DNA of 64,000 nucleotides from Neoconidiobolus thromboides FSU 785 (Eukaryota; Fungi; Entomophthoromycota): contig MU626292.1 of assembly GCA_025603075.1 (NCBI GenBank), forward strand, positions 1 to 64,000. Reading direction: 5' to 3'. The notes beneath the pieces are model-generated. The model saw only the letters and a list, made by a program, of their open reading frames with translations, was not told where the DNA came from and searched no databases. The position numbers were made by a program, and so were the translations under genes. Of the stretch, positions 1-13,267 are shown one piece after another. Within the stretch, counting starts at the first letter, position 1, and each line of letters begins with the position of its first letter.

Positions 1-31
1 ATTTTCATATTTTTGATTATTTTTAAATAAG

Positions 32-492
32 TGTGAAATATCGCCTCGTCAGCTCCATGATTGATTATAACATAATAATCACTTAAGTTGTTGTGTTCTC
101 AAGTTCAGAGACAATCAACCCTATTCTCTTATTTTAATTTGTTATGAGAATTTCTAGCTGCATCCCAAAGAACGTTATCTTCTCATTTTGATATTTGTAC
201 TTATCAGAGTATAAAACAGATCTTAGAACATAGTAGCTCCAGGCTTTTTAATTCAATTATTTCTTGATATCTTGTACATTTAATAAAGCCACTAATTTTT
301 CTCAATAGTACTTTACGTAGATTTTACATTGGTATTATCTATTCTATTTATCTTACATAGTCTATAACTTATTACGTGCTATTCTTAATCCAAGTCTATC
401 TTAGTTACATAAACTAAGACCTTTCAACTTATAATATAGTCAACTAGGCAATAGCTGCTATTGGCTGCAATCATTAAGTACCAGATTTCATA
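32..492. mobile_element. Solo-LTR-like element, diverged copy (reverse complement of 12802-13267)
   Basis: Co-linear reverse-complement similarity to 12802-13267 over its whole length, e.g. gaaaggtcttagtttatgt, agaatagcacgtaata, aatatcaaaatgagaagataa, gctagaaattctcataacaaat. Starts TGTGAAATA and ends TTTCATA (one terminal change). No clean TSD. Confidence 0.75.
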
Positions 493-501
493 TAGTTATA
501 T

Positions 502-571
502 GAGGATGTTTTTAAGCGCTGTTTGAGTGGAAAGATTGTTGATAAAATTCTTAAACAAATAATACATCTCC
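502..571 (+). mobile_element. MITE family copy, internally deleted
   Basis: GAGGATGTTTTTAAGCGCTGTTTGAGTGGAAAG...ATTCTTAAAC...CATCTCC matches the ~95 bp MITE consensus with ~25 bp deleted between two T-runs. Confidence 0.75.
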
Positions 572-1939
572 ATAGTGATTTCTACTTACATTAAATCCAA
601 AAACTTTATATTTACTAAGAGGACACAATGAAACTATAGTTGATAATAATACTATTTGTTAATTTCTATTTCCTGTTTCCTTCAAAACACTAATTTTATA
701 CATTGCTTAATTAAATTTATTATTAATAATAATGAACTTCAATGAATTTTTTTATTTTATCATAAAATTGTTTTAAAATTTAGTTATAAAAGCTTAAATT
801 TTATTTTTATTTTGACAAAAAGTAAAGTCAAACAACTGTATACTTATATACTATATATCTATTAAATATTTAAAAAATACAAAACAATTAAAATAAGTCT
901 TAAGCTGTATTTTTCTCAATTTTAAGCTTTTTAAATTTAACTAATTATATATTAAGGATTTACAAACTTAAAAACTTAAAATTTAGCTTAAGTAAATTCT
1001 GAAACTAATTTGAATATCCCTTATATTACAAGTCAAGGAATCTCTTATAGTAAATATCTAGAAAGTTATACTATATTTGTAAAAGGAATCAGTAAATTAA
1101 AGAACAATAGCAAATATTTTGTTAAGACGTTATCAACTTAATTTATAAATATGTTTATATGAATTTATTATAAAAATTCACTATTTTTGCTAAGTTAATT
1201 TGATAATAAATAAATCTTCAACAGAGTTTTGAGGAACAGAAGAGTGGTTAGCGGTAGTAAAATTCTAGCTTTGGATAGTAATTTAAGTAATATCTCGGTA
1301 TTTGATGTGGTTTTATTATTGAAATTTCTATTTTAAAATTGATAATTCAGTTATTATCATTCTATTATGAATATTTTATTATAAAAACTTCATTTTTCTA
1401 CTTATCTATTAAGAAATATGGCAACTAACTTGTAATGTTACTAACAATTAGTCATCTAGTGAATAGATAAGATAAGTTCTTATCTTTGAGACAAAACACT
1501 TCATATATTTAAGTTTATCTATTTGTAAAATAAACCAAGTACTTCTAGGCTATGTAGTCTGGAACGTATTATTTAAAAAAATTTATGTTTGAAAAAGTCA
1601 ACTACTAAATATAGGAAATAAATAAATCAAAATTAACTTGAAATTGTTCATTCAAAGACAAGATTACAAAATTTGTATTTTGTGTATTCAGGGATATTAT
1701 TGGATCATTAGTTTAGGCTTCCCTGAAATTATTTTGATGGATTCTTCTTTAACAACCAATTGTTTCTTAGATTACTATCAATCTTAAAACATTACTAATC
1801 AAGAGTCAACTTTTATTTAGCGTGGGAATTAGTTAGAATAAAAATTTCATAAAAAATGTCGAAGAAAAATTAAGGACAAAATCACCAAATATAAAAGAAA
1901 AATGTCAGTATTTAGTAACTTCTCTGTTTAAACTTTAAA

Positions 1940-3322
<1,383 letters not shown>

Positions 3323-3629
3323 TTTTTTCGTTAGAAAGTATAATTTCTTTTAATGTGGCATTGTTAAGTCGGTATATAAATAAATTATGATTAGATTGTT
3401 TTAATAAATTAAAACTTAAATTTTATTGAATAAAAGTTTATAAATTAAATTTGTTTTATTAGATTTGAATATCTGTTTGATGTATTTTTTTAAATTTTGT
3501 AATTTTAAGATATTAAAATATTTATTAAAACTGGTATTCTACTGCTATTAAATTATTAAACTATTGAATAATAGAGCAACTTTTAGAGCTCGAAAAAATA
3601 AACATCAAAAATCACTTTTTAATTTTGTG

Positions 3630-5480
3630 ATGTCCAGAAAGAAAGAGCCAGAAATTGAAGTACTTCCACCAAGCAATAAAGGAATGAAAATTTTAAACAA
3701 AGATGCTTTTAAAAAGGTAATAAAAGTATTAGCCGTTAAAATTCCACCAAGAACTATTAATATATTTTTAAAAGAAGCTGCCAAGTAAGTTGATTTGGTT
3801 TTATTTTTACTTTTTTTTCTAACAGTTTAAGAGATCTATTTAACCAACCAAGATTTCGAAATGTGCTTGATTTGCCTCAAGATAAACCCAATAAACTTAT
3901 CTTATTTAAAATTGGGACTGGTTTAAATGGTAAATAGTCCATTTGGTTTTTTAAAATTTATTTAGATAAATTAGATTTGGAATGTCTTAGCGAAAAAACA
4001 CGAAGTTTAATTAAAGAGCATGGGATCGAATCGTGTGAAAAAGAAGTCGAATTTACATATGAGCATTGGAGTGCAGGTAACCTTTCATAACATTTATAAG
4101 CCCTTAGTTTAATTTGGAAATAGATAGTGTACTTCGTTCAATTTTACCGGATGATTTACAAGTTCCTAGCTCATTTTCAACTATTGGACATATAGGTAAT
4201 TTATGTTAAATTATGTATTAGCTAGAAAGTATCATTGGGCATTTACTCATTGCTCCTTTTATAGCACATTTTAATTTGAGAGAAGAGTTTTATCCATATA
4301 AAAAGCTTTTAGGTCAAGTAATCCTCGAAGTAAATCTATTTTAATTATTTTATTGAATATTTGTTAAACACTTCTAAATAGAAAAACCCAAATATTCGTA
4401 CAGTAATTAATAAAACGGATATAATTGATGCCCAGTTCCGTAATTTTCAGTTAGAGCTTCTTGCTGGCGAACCGAATTACGAAGCCTTAGTGGTAAGGGT
4501 TTTTATTTGAGTTTAGGCGGAGCGTTTTCACATGCCCTATGTTAATATTAAGTTATTATTATTAATAGTTAAACTAACTATTTATTCTTAGAAAGAATGT
4601 GATTGTAAATTCGAATTAGATTTTTCCAAAGTGTATTGGAATCCAAGATTACAAACAGAGCATGAGAGAATTATAAGTCAGTTTAAAGAAGGAGATATTA
4701 TTTGTAAGTTTTTAAATTAATTAAGATATAATAATATTAATCTCAATTAAAGGTGATGTAATGGCAGGAATTGGACCCTTTGCGATACCTGCTTGCAAAA
4801 AAGGGCAGATAGTTTACTGTAACGATCTTAACCCTGTATCCTACGAATACCTTATAAAAAATATCAAACATAATAAGTTAAAAATAGACGAGAATATATT
4901 CCCATTCAACTTAGATGGTCGCGATTTTATTAAAAAAGCATTTCAGTTACTTTATCAAAAACATGAAAGTAAATCAAGTGGTGAGGAAAAGATTAAAATA
5001 TTCGATCATGCAGTAATGAATTTACCAGCAACCGCAATAGAGTTTATAGGTATTATTTTTTAAAACTAAGCTTGATTTTAATTAATTTTTAAAGATGGGT
5101 TTAGGGGTATATTTACTACGGAGCAAGGAAAACGATTAGCTAATTTACCTATAGCACATGTACATTGCTTTTCTAAATCCCTTGATGATCCACTTTCAGA
5201 TCTTTTGAATAGAGCATCAAACGCCTTGGGGAGAATTATTTTAAAGGATGAAGTTTTACTTCATCATGTTAGAAAAGTTGCACCAAACAAAGATATGTAT
5301 TGTTTGTCCATAAATTTAACTCTGGATGATCTCTGGTATAATCTTTAAAATTATCGATTACAATGATTTTAATATATTTTTAGTACATCAAAAGCAGAAT
5401 CTGTTAATGAAGGCAAAATAGAGGGATCAAGTTTAGTAGATGAAGAGCATGAAAATCCTGTAAAAAAAGTTAAAGTTTAA
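3630..5480 (+). CDS. TRM5: tRNA (guanine37-N1)-methyltransferase, multi-exon
   Basis: Exons encode SSFSTIGHIAHFNLREE, KNPNIRTVINKTD, DFSKVYWNPRLQTEH, DVMAGIGPFAIP, CNDLNP, VMNLPATAIEF, HVRKVAPNK. Confidence 0.92.
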
Positions 5481-5788
5481 AATCTATTCAATAGAAGATA
5501 TTAGATAAATTTGAGAAATAAAAGAGAGTTTTTATAGAATAATGAATATTGAACAGTGGTTCTTTTATTAATCACTTTGTGCTCATATTGAAGCCATGAT
5601 AAAATGGTCGAAACTTTTATGTGATCTTAGCTTATATAGTGCTTTTTATAAATCACTATTACCACTAAGGAACAAACATGTTTTCATATTTTTGATAGTA
5701 ATTAAAAAATAAGTCAAATATTAAACTAATATTTATTAAATGTCTATTATTAAGTGAATTAAAATTAATTTTTGTCTAATTATCAAAA

Positions 5789-7209
5789 TTAGTTTTGATA
5801 TGCGTGTTGGAAAGACCTTATCAAAGATTTGACAGAATCAATAGCACCAAGGATTAAACAAACGATACCAATGATGATAGTAATAGTTGCAATAACATAT
5901 TCCCAAATAGGGCGATTCCTAATGCCAAATAGTTTAAAGTTACATGCAATTGGAATAAGGAAAACAATTAAACAGTTGAAGATAGCACCAATAATTGACA
6001 TAAAATCTTGGAAGAAGGGAACATACATAGAGATCAATACTAAACATACAATAGTAACTAATCGAGTAGAAACCCTTAAAACTAAGGCTTTTACTGGGCC
6101 CATACGCTCTGGTGTAATACTAAGAATCTCTTCAAGTTCAAGACCAAATGAGCATAAGATAATAGGAGCAGCCATTAAAACATGGATAATGATTAAAATT
6201 TTAGCACTTAAGTTAGCTGCGTCTAAAAAGAAAGTTAGTTGAATAGAATCATTTTGTAAAGAAATACATACTGTCAGGTAAATTTCCAAAGATTGGGGAT
6301 TGAGATCCAGTTCCATAGGCATAATAACCAAATACAGCCATACATAAATAAAAGATAGTTACAGTGCCTAAACCAGCAGCAAGAGCAACAGGCCATTTTT
6401 TGGGGTTTTGCATAGAACCTTCGAGATGTGGATATACTACATTACCAGCATAAGATATAGAGAAAGTAGTTAAGGCTAACGGTATTCCGCTCCATACAAC
6501 AGGATCTCTATTGGGGGCAATAGGTAACTTTGTAACATCGATGATGGACTGTACCATAACAATAATTAAAACCACAAGAGTGGTTGCAAAACCAAAGATA
6601 GCCATCCATACAAACTCTTTCATTTTCCTTAAAATACAATAAGGTATAGCTACAACTACTCCTGCGATAAGAATCCTAAATAAAAGTTAATATAAAAATA
6701 CAACTTTTTTAACTAATAACATACCATAGTTTTAAGCCAATATCTACACCATTAGCTGCTGCAATAGATTCAGCGTTGATACCAGTTAACATAATACACA
6801 AACATCCAGATCCAAGAATAATAGTATAGTGGCATATTTGAACTATGAGCTTTCCAGGCCAACCAAATGCTTCTCTACCTATTTGAGAATATGTTTCGAG
6901 TTTATAATCACTATTAAACTTGTTAATATAACAAATAATACTAACCATAAAATCCTACCTTCTACAGTACAAGCATTTAATAACAAGAGTTCCGGTATAA
7001 GTCGATATTAAGCCTGCTAAAAAGATAAAAACAATGGATACCCAACCACCAGCAGCAACAGCTGATGGAAGACCTAAAATACCAATACCAGCAGTTACGC
7101 ACACAATATTATAATAAGTTCCAAGTACGCTGGTACCGCTTCCGTGACTATTCATTGATCCTACTTCTGGAGAACCTATCTCCATTGAATCCATTTTAGC
7201 TTTATTCAT
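5789..7209 (-). CDS. Amino-acid transporter, Aa_trans/AAAP family (vacuolar Avt1-like); 4 exons
   Basis: YYNIVCVTAGIGILGLPSA, YSQIGREAFG, FSISYAGNVVYPHLEGSM and multiple TM helices across four minus-strand ORFs joined by short introns. The true ATG is at 7209. Confidence 0.88.
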
Positions 7210-8471
7210 GGTCAATAAGTTAAAACGGTAATTTTTAGATAAAATGAGAATTTGAGTTTTTTTTTTAGCAATTCAAGAGAGTAGCCAATTAAACCTCGAG
7301 GTTAAGAATAATTAGATTAGTAGAGAGACCCTGAGTGGTTATGAAATCCAGATTTTCTTGTAAATTAAAAGCATTTTTTGTTACTTATATATTTTTGTCT
7401 GAAGTATTAAGAATAAATGAGTCATTCTAAGTATTATGATAGTTCCTCAATTTTATAGAATTCTATAGGTTATATAATATTATTATTTATATTATTGAAG
7501 TTATTTAATATATAAAAGTAACAAAATTAAATAAAATTATCTATTTTATAGTCGGATAGTTTACTAGAGTAAATTTAACATTATGCGAATTGTATAAGCT
7601 ATTATTTTGACACCAAAACTTATTTAGCTATTTTTATAAATAGATTTTTAAAGTTTCAAAAGTTTTCAAATAAAAAAAATAAAAAAACATTACTATCTTA
7701 TGATTTTGACAGCTATTCTTCAACGTGACTCTTGTTAACTCGGGATATTAATATTACAGTTATTATATTCTCATTAACTCATGACCAGTATGTATCTTTT
7801 ATATTTATTTAAAGTCATTACTAAAGCAATTAAATTAAAATTTAAATAAAGCAAATCAAGTTTTATTGTAGTGTAAGTGGTGTGAAATTTACAGCTATCC
7901 AAACGAATAACTATTAAAGATTTCAATACATTCAACTTCGATAGCAAAGATACTATCATTAACTATATTGTATGTTTTTGAGCCTTATATTTTAAAATTT
8001 ATAGTAAAACCTTTAAACTTTAAAGAATAAATTATATATTTTCTAACCACTTTTCGAATTTACTGTTTCTTCATCAAAACAGTTTGAAAACTTTAGATAA
8101 GACAATACTTGGAGAATCCCAGATTAAACGATAAAACAAAGATTCTTTAGTTTTTATTAACACTAAACACACGTAATACAATATATAGTCATGAAATATA
8201 AATCATACAACTTGTATCATGTTATATCGTAGTTTAGACTTGTCAGATGTTTAGAAGGTCTGTATATTTTAGGCTTATTATTTATGCACTTTTCAAATTT
8301 TACAGTAATAAATATTGTGAAAATTAATATCAAATAAGCTTTTATTCTAAAAATCAGAATTTAAATAGATTGTTTACTTGAGGCTATCATTTAAAACAAA
8401 GTCAAATTAAAGTTGAATTTGTTTAAAAGTCAGATTAAAATTTAGATCACTTTTTTCAACAGAAAAAATAT

Positions 8472-8568
8472 GAAGATGTACTTTTGTGTTTAAGAATTTT
8501 ATTAACAATTTTTCCACTCGAGTAGTGTTAAAAGAATGGGAAAAGTGATGAAGCCAAAAAACACCCTT
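8472..8568 (-). mobile_element. MITE family copy
   Basis: Full-length diverged copy with ATAT on both flanks (8468-8471, 8569-8572). Confidence 0.75.
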
Positions 8569-9344
8569 ATATCCCTTTATCATCTTGGTCTTTATAGTTT
8601 ATATTTTGTGGTAAATTAAAATCGGGAAATGGTTGAACCTTGCATCTAGATTAGCTCATTCATAAAATGATACAGCATTCGTCTAACAAAAAGCTCTGTA
8701 AAATGCCTTGTGAAAGGACACCCTTTTTAAAATAATTCGGAACTAAAAAAGCCTGTAATTTTTTAGTACACTTGTATCTACTATCAATGGTAATGGAAGC
8801 AAATAATTAATATTTTACACTTATGAGCTATCATTTGAACAATTAGTATTTAGCTTAGTCTCTATAATTATATGCTACTAGTTCGATGATGTATATTCCA
8901 TCATTTTAAGCAATCTATATATATTAATTTAATCAATGTGAGATCTTATGTACGAATAATATTTTTGGTAAGTTGTTTTTGCTTAATTTTGAAATTTAAA
9001 AAAATAAAAAAATACTGCACATAAATTTTATACATGAAATCCACACCAATAGTTTTTATTTTAATAAAGCCTAAGTACGAAAATAGCCTATTTTATACGT
9101 AAGCTAAACAATCCTTGAAGGCAAAGTTTTCTGCTCTAAGGTAATTTCTAACTAAGATTGCTGATTAACTTGGGCATAAATATTTCTTTTCCTTAAATAT
9201 CTTTTTAGTGCCAAGGTTCAGCGTAATTAAAATTGATAAGCCCCAAAGCTAAAAATCATTTACAAAACCGGCTTTCATAAAATATCAAAAAATGTATTTA
9301 AAGGAGAAGAATCCTTTAAGTCCGCAATAATATTTTTATTAAAA

Positions 9345-10898
9345 ATGGATGTGACTAAGCTATTGGCTTCAATCTTATTTCTTTTTAGCTCTTCAATCAT
9401 CACATTTAATGTCAATAGCAACAATAACTTAGTACTTTATTGGGGACAAAATTCATATGGTGTAAAGCATGGAAATAACCCAAATGCCCAAAAACCATTA
9501 AAGTACTACTGTGAACAGCCTGGAGTATCACTTATTAATATCTCATTTATGCATATCTTTGATGGGAAAAACTCGCCTCTGATTACACTTAGCAGTGCAT
9601 GTGGAACTACATTCCCGGGTTCTAAATTATTAAATTGTCCTGATGTTGGTGCTGATATTAAATATTGTCAATCGAAAGGTATAGCCATTTTAATGTCATT
9701 GGGTGGAGCTGAAGGAGCTTATGGTTTCGCAAGTGATGCTGATGGTAAAAGCTTCGCTCATCAAATCTGGGATTTATTGTTTAAAGGAAAAGCTACAAAT
9801 AGACCATTTGGTGATGCAGTGTTAGATGGTATAGATTTGGATATCGAAGTCGGATCTCCGATCGGATATGCTGCATTTATTAGCGAATTACGTACATTGT
9901 ATTCGAGCGATCCCTCTAAGAAATATTATATCGCTGGTGCTCCACAATGTCCATTTCCGGATAAGTACCTTGGTCCTTCTTTAAATAGTGCATGGTTTGA
10001 TATGGTATTTATTCAGTTTTATAATAACTACTGTGGCTTAAGTGGTCAATTCAACTATGCTGATTGGGATAAGTGGGTAAAAATTACCGCAGTCAATAAA
10101 AACGTGAAATTATATGTAGGATTACCAGGTGCTCAAGCTGGTGCTGGTAGTGGCTATGTTGATGCTAGTGCTATTTCTTCAAAATTAGTACAAGTGCGTT
10201 CGCAGTTTTTAAACTTTGGGGGCTTAATGCTTTGGGATGCTTCTCAAGTTTATAATAATGGAAATTTTGGACAAAGTGTAGCTAATTTCTTAGCTCAAGG
10301 AGGCAATGGAGGAGTTATCTCAGCTCCTATACCTACTGCCGACTATAGTTCTTTAGCAAACCCCAATGGTACTAGTATTGCTCCAGCTCCCGAAACTTAT
10401 TCAACAAATGGGAATCCTTACAGCAGCTATGGAGGAAATACCCTAAGTTACATGTATACAACTAGTGGTAACCCTATAGTGACTAGTAGCGGCGACCCGA
10501 TAATGACTACTACTGTTGCTAATACAGCACCTGGTTATGGAGCTTACTCAACTGACTGGAGCCCTTACAAAGATGAAGAAATGGTCCCAACTTTTGCATC
10601 CGCTACTAATATACCTCTATTGACTACTACTGCGTCTTCCTTAACTAATACCATATCTCCCTTGACTACCCCTATTCCAACTCCTACTCCTAGTTATGGA
10701 ACCTACTTAACTACATGGGGACCTTATAACAATGAAGGAAGTAATCGTAATGCTAATATGCAGGGAAATATCCCAGCTCCTATATCTACTACTAACCCTA
10801 CACTTGCGATAGCTACTACTGTCGTTACTCCTCCTATTTACGTAGCTCCCTCAATTGGACAGAATCCTTACGCCAGAAAAAGGAACAACCATTATTAG
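9345..10898 (+). CDS. Secreted GH18 class III chitinase with Ser/Thr/Pro-rich C-terminal tail, intronless
   Basis: Signal peptide, LVLYWGQN, MSLGGA, catalytic LDGIDLDIE (DxxDxDxE), APQCPFPD, FIQFYNNYC, GGLMLWDAS; followed by ~190 aa low-complexity tail. Confidence 0.95.
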   Translation: MDVTKLLASILFLFSSSIITFNVNSNNNLVLYWGQNSYGVKHGNNPNAQKPLKYYCEQPGVSLINISFMHIFDGKNSPLITLSSACGTTFPGSKLLNCPDVGADIKYCQSKGIAILMSLGGAEGAYGFASDADGKSFAHQIWDLLFKGKATNRPFGDAVLDGIDLDIEVGSPIGYAAFISELRTLYSSDPSKKYYIAGAPQCPFPDKYLGPSLNSAWFDMVFIQFYNNYCGLSGQFNYADWDKWVKITAVNKNVKLYVGLPGAQAGAGSGYVDASAISSKLVQVRSQFLNFGGLMLWDASQVYNNGNFGQSVANFLAQGGNGGVISAPIPTADYSSLANPNGTSIAPAPETYSTNGNPYSSYGGNTLSYMYTTSGNPIVTSSGDPIMTTTVANTAPGYGAYSTDWSPYKDEEMVPTFASATNIPLLTTTASSLTNTISPLTTPIPTPTPSYGTYLTTWGPYNNEGSNRNANMQGNIPAPISTTNPTLAIATTVVTPPIYVAPSIGQNPYARKRNNHY

Positions 10899-11227
10899 TA
10901 AAATAGTTATGCTAGAAAATCTATAGTTAGCATTACACCAAAAAACAGAAACATAGTTAAAATTCTTTGTAATCACTTGTAAATATAATGATGCAAACTG
11001 AATTTGGTATGATTTCCTCAATGGCAGTTTCTATTATTAGCAGAGATATTTCTATAATCTCATATGATTATCTTGTAAGTTATACCCAACTTTATCCCTT
11101 TATTATTGTTACTTTTTATCTAAGAAATAAAAAAATTAATTAATTGTGTATTGTAAAAACAAGCATTTTTAAGCGAAAGGCTCTTTTGAAAAATTGTTTA
11201 TTAGCTAACGATTTTAGTTATACATAT

Positions 11228-11322
11228 GGGGATGTTTTTGATTTCATTATTTTTCCATTTTTTAAGCGCTATTTGAGTAGAAAGGTTGTCAGTAAAATTC
11301 TTAAACACAAAAAAACACCCCC
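11228..11322 (+). mobile_element. MITE family copy
   Basis: ATAT|GGGGATGTTTTT...AAAAACACCCCC|ATAT. Confidence 0.85.
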
Positions 11323-11943
11323 ATATATTTAATTTCTTGAAAGGGCTGAAGTCTTCAGGTGATTTATTCATGAAAACAGAAACAAAGTAGCGTAGATACA
11401 TGAGACTAAGATAGTAAGGTTTGTTTCCTACGCCTGCTTCAAGCAAGGCAAGGTAAGGTCTGTCAAAATTAGAATCACCGAACCATGCAACACTTCATTC
11501 AAAGAAGATGGAGCTCAAAGAGAATAGGTTTTAATTATATTTTAAAAAAGTATACCTATATATTTTCATTTATTAAATCTTATAACATTAAATTTTTTAA
11601 AGTTATTTATCAATTAAGAATTAAACTAGGATTTAATAAAAGAGCTGTTTTAATAAAATTAAGAGCAAAAAGAGTGAGTGCTAACTATTCTTATGTGAAT
11701 TCACGCCTTAGATTACATAAGGAGCACCCATTATTTGATTTTCTATTACCTTAATAATACAATCAACTTGAATTTAAATCACAAATCCTAAAAGATTATT
11801 GACTTTTAAAAAGCAATGAGAATAAATATTTTAATAAAAAGGGGATAAAGAAAAATCAATAGTTAGAAATATATAAAGGTGTAAAAACAACTTTTTTTAA
11901 CAATAGCAAATATCGAATAACTGAGTTGATTCAAAATAACATA

Positions 11944-12036
11944 GGAGGACTTATTTTTTTGCTTAAAATTTTACTGATTTTTCCATTTTTAAATAGGGCT
12001 TAAAAAATAGAAAAAATGAAACTAAAAAAACACATT
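11944..12036 (-). mobile_element. MITE family copy, strongly degenerate
   Basis: gcttaaaattttact...aaatagggcttaaaaaatagaaaaaatgaaactaaaaaaacac is co-linear with the consensus; termini eroded. Confidence 0.5.
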
Positions 12037-12247
12037 TATAATTTGGAAAAAAGAGCAAAAACAGCTATAAAACTTATGAAAATAATTAAAATAATTAAAA
12101 TAGATTATAATTTATTGCTTTTAAACCTTATATTAACAGCACTATAAAAAAGCAATATTATCAACTTTTTGTATTTTTTTGATTACTAAAAAAACTAATA
12201 TTTAGGTGTTTTAATATTAATATTTAATTAGAAAAACATCAATATAT

Positions 12248-12345
12248 GGGGATGTGCTTTTGTATTTAAGAATTTTACCAGGAATTTTTCCACTCAAATA
12301 GTACTTAAAAGATGAAAAAGTAATGAAGCCAAAAAAAACATCCTC
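12248..12345 (-). mobile_element. MITE family copy inserted in transposase 5' region
   Basis: ATAT|GGGGATGTG...AAAACATCCTC|ATAT; roughly 90% identical to the reverse complement of 12586-12684. Confidence 0.88.
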
Positions 12346-12585
12346 ATATCCTTTTGATAAATGTAAAAGTTCTGGGTATAATATAAATAGAAATCAATAT
12401 GATTATTCAAAAATAAGTAATAGTAATAATGAAATATCAACATTACAACCTGTTATTAAAAATATAAGAAAAATTAAAGATGAAAAAATTGGAATTATTA
12501 TACAATATTTACTAAATGATTCAACTATTCCATCAAGATTTAATAAAAAAATAATGATAGTAAATATTCATCAGATAATACATAT

Positions 12586-12684
12586 GGGGATGTTTTTTTT
12601 GGCTTCATTACTTTTTCCACCTTTTAAGCGCTATTTGAGTGGAAAAATTGCTAGTAAAATTCTTAAATACAAAAACACATCCCC
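12586..12684 (+). mobile_element. MITE family copy inserted in transposase ORF
   Basis: ATAT|GGGGATGTTTTT...AAAAACACATCCCC|ATAT. Removing it plus one TSD restores the frame (HQIIH-ILNKSRRII). Confidence 0.9.
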
Positions 12685-12801
12685 ATATATTAAATAAAAG
12701 TAGAAGAATAATATACAGTAAATATTTTAATGATCTAAGAGATAAAGCAGTAGGTAGGTCAACATTTCTTAAATATATACCAAGTAATTTCAAAAATCCA
12801 G

Positions 12802-13267
12802 TGTGAAATCTGGTACTCAGGGTTTGGAGTCAAGGACAGCTATTGCTGGGTTGACTACACTATAAGTCGAAAGGTCTTAGTTTATGTGACTAAGATAGAC
12901 TTGGGTTATGAAGAATAGCACGTAATAGGTTACAAGCTATATAAGACAAATATAATAGACAATACTAATGTAAAACCTATGTAAAATACTATTAAGAAAA
13001 TTTAGTGGCTTTATTAAATGTTCGAGATATCAGGTAATAATTCAGTTAAAAAAGCCTCGAACTATTATACTCTGTAAACTCTTTTATACTCTGAAAAGTA
13101 TAAATATCAAAATGAGAAGATAATATTCTTTTTGGATGGAGCTAGAAATTCTCATAACAAATCAAAGTAAGAACATGGGATTGATTTCCTCTGAGCTCGA
13201 GAACACAACAGCTTAGGCGATTGTTATGTTATAATTAACCATGGGACTGACAAAGCGATATTTCACA
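12802..13267. mobile_element. Solo-LTR-like element, 466 bp, TG...CA with 4 bp TSD
   Basis: CCAG|TGTGAAAT...ATTTCACA|CCAG. It has an 8 bp terminal inverted repeat and a second copy at 32-492. Excision restores NFKNP-ARKTGLC. Confidence 0.85.

Noticed and set aside
4077-4123. TRM5 intron starting GTAACCTTT with CCTTAG near the 3' end, resembling a minor (U12) intron
   Set aside because: It misses the near-invariant T of RTATCCT and the branch site is imperfect. No other intron in the window looked U12-like.
5829-6242. 137 aa plus-strand ORF, and similar antisense ORFs at 36395, 37358, 37714, 39690-40655, 60253 and 63419
   Set aside because: These are antisense or alternate-frame shadows of well-supported genes, with no independent motifs.
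11144-11332. Short ORFs overlapping MITEs (also 12323, 12608, 32758, 32843, 59416, 59558)
   Set aside because: Their shared peptides, such as FFKRYLSxKxxSKILK, are translations of the MITE sequence rather than genes. Part of ORF 12323 is transposase remnant.
12248-12684. Two near-identical MITEs in inverted orientation around a 240 bp open frame, resembling a composite or Pack-type element carrying cargo
   Set aside because: Each MITE has its own ATAT duplication, and the enclosed frame continues in frame into the transposase once the second MITE is removed. Two independent insertions explain it better.
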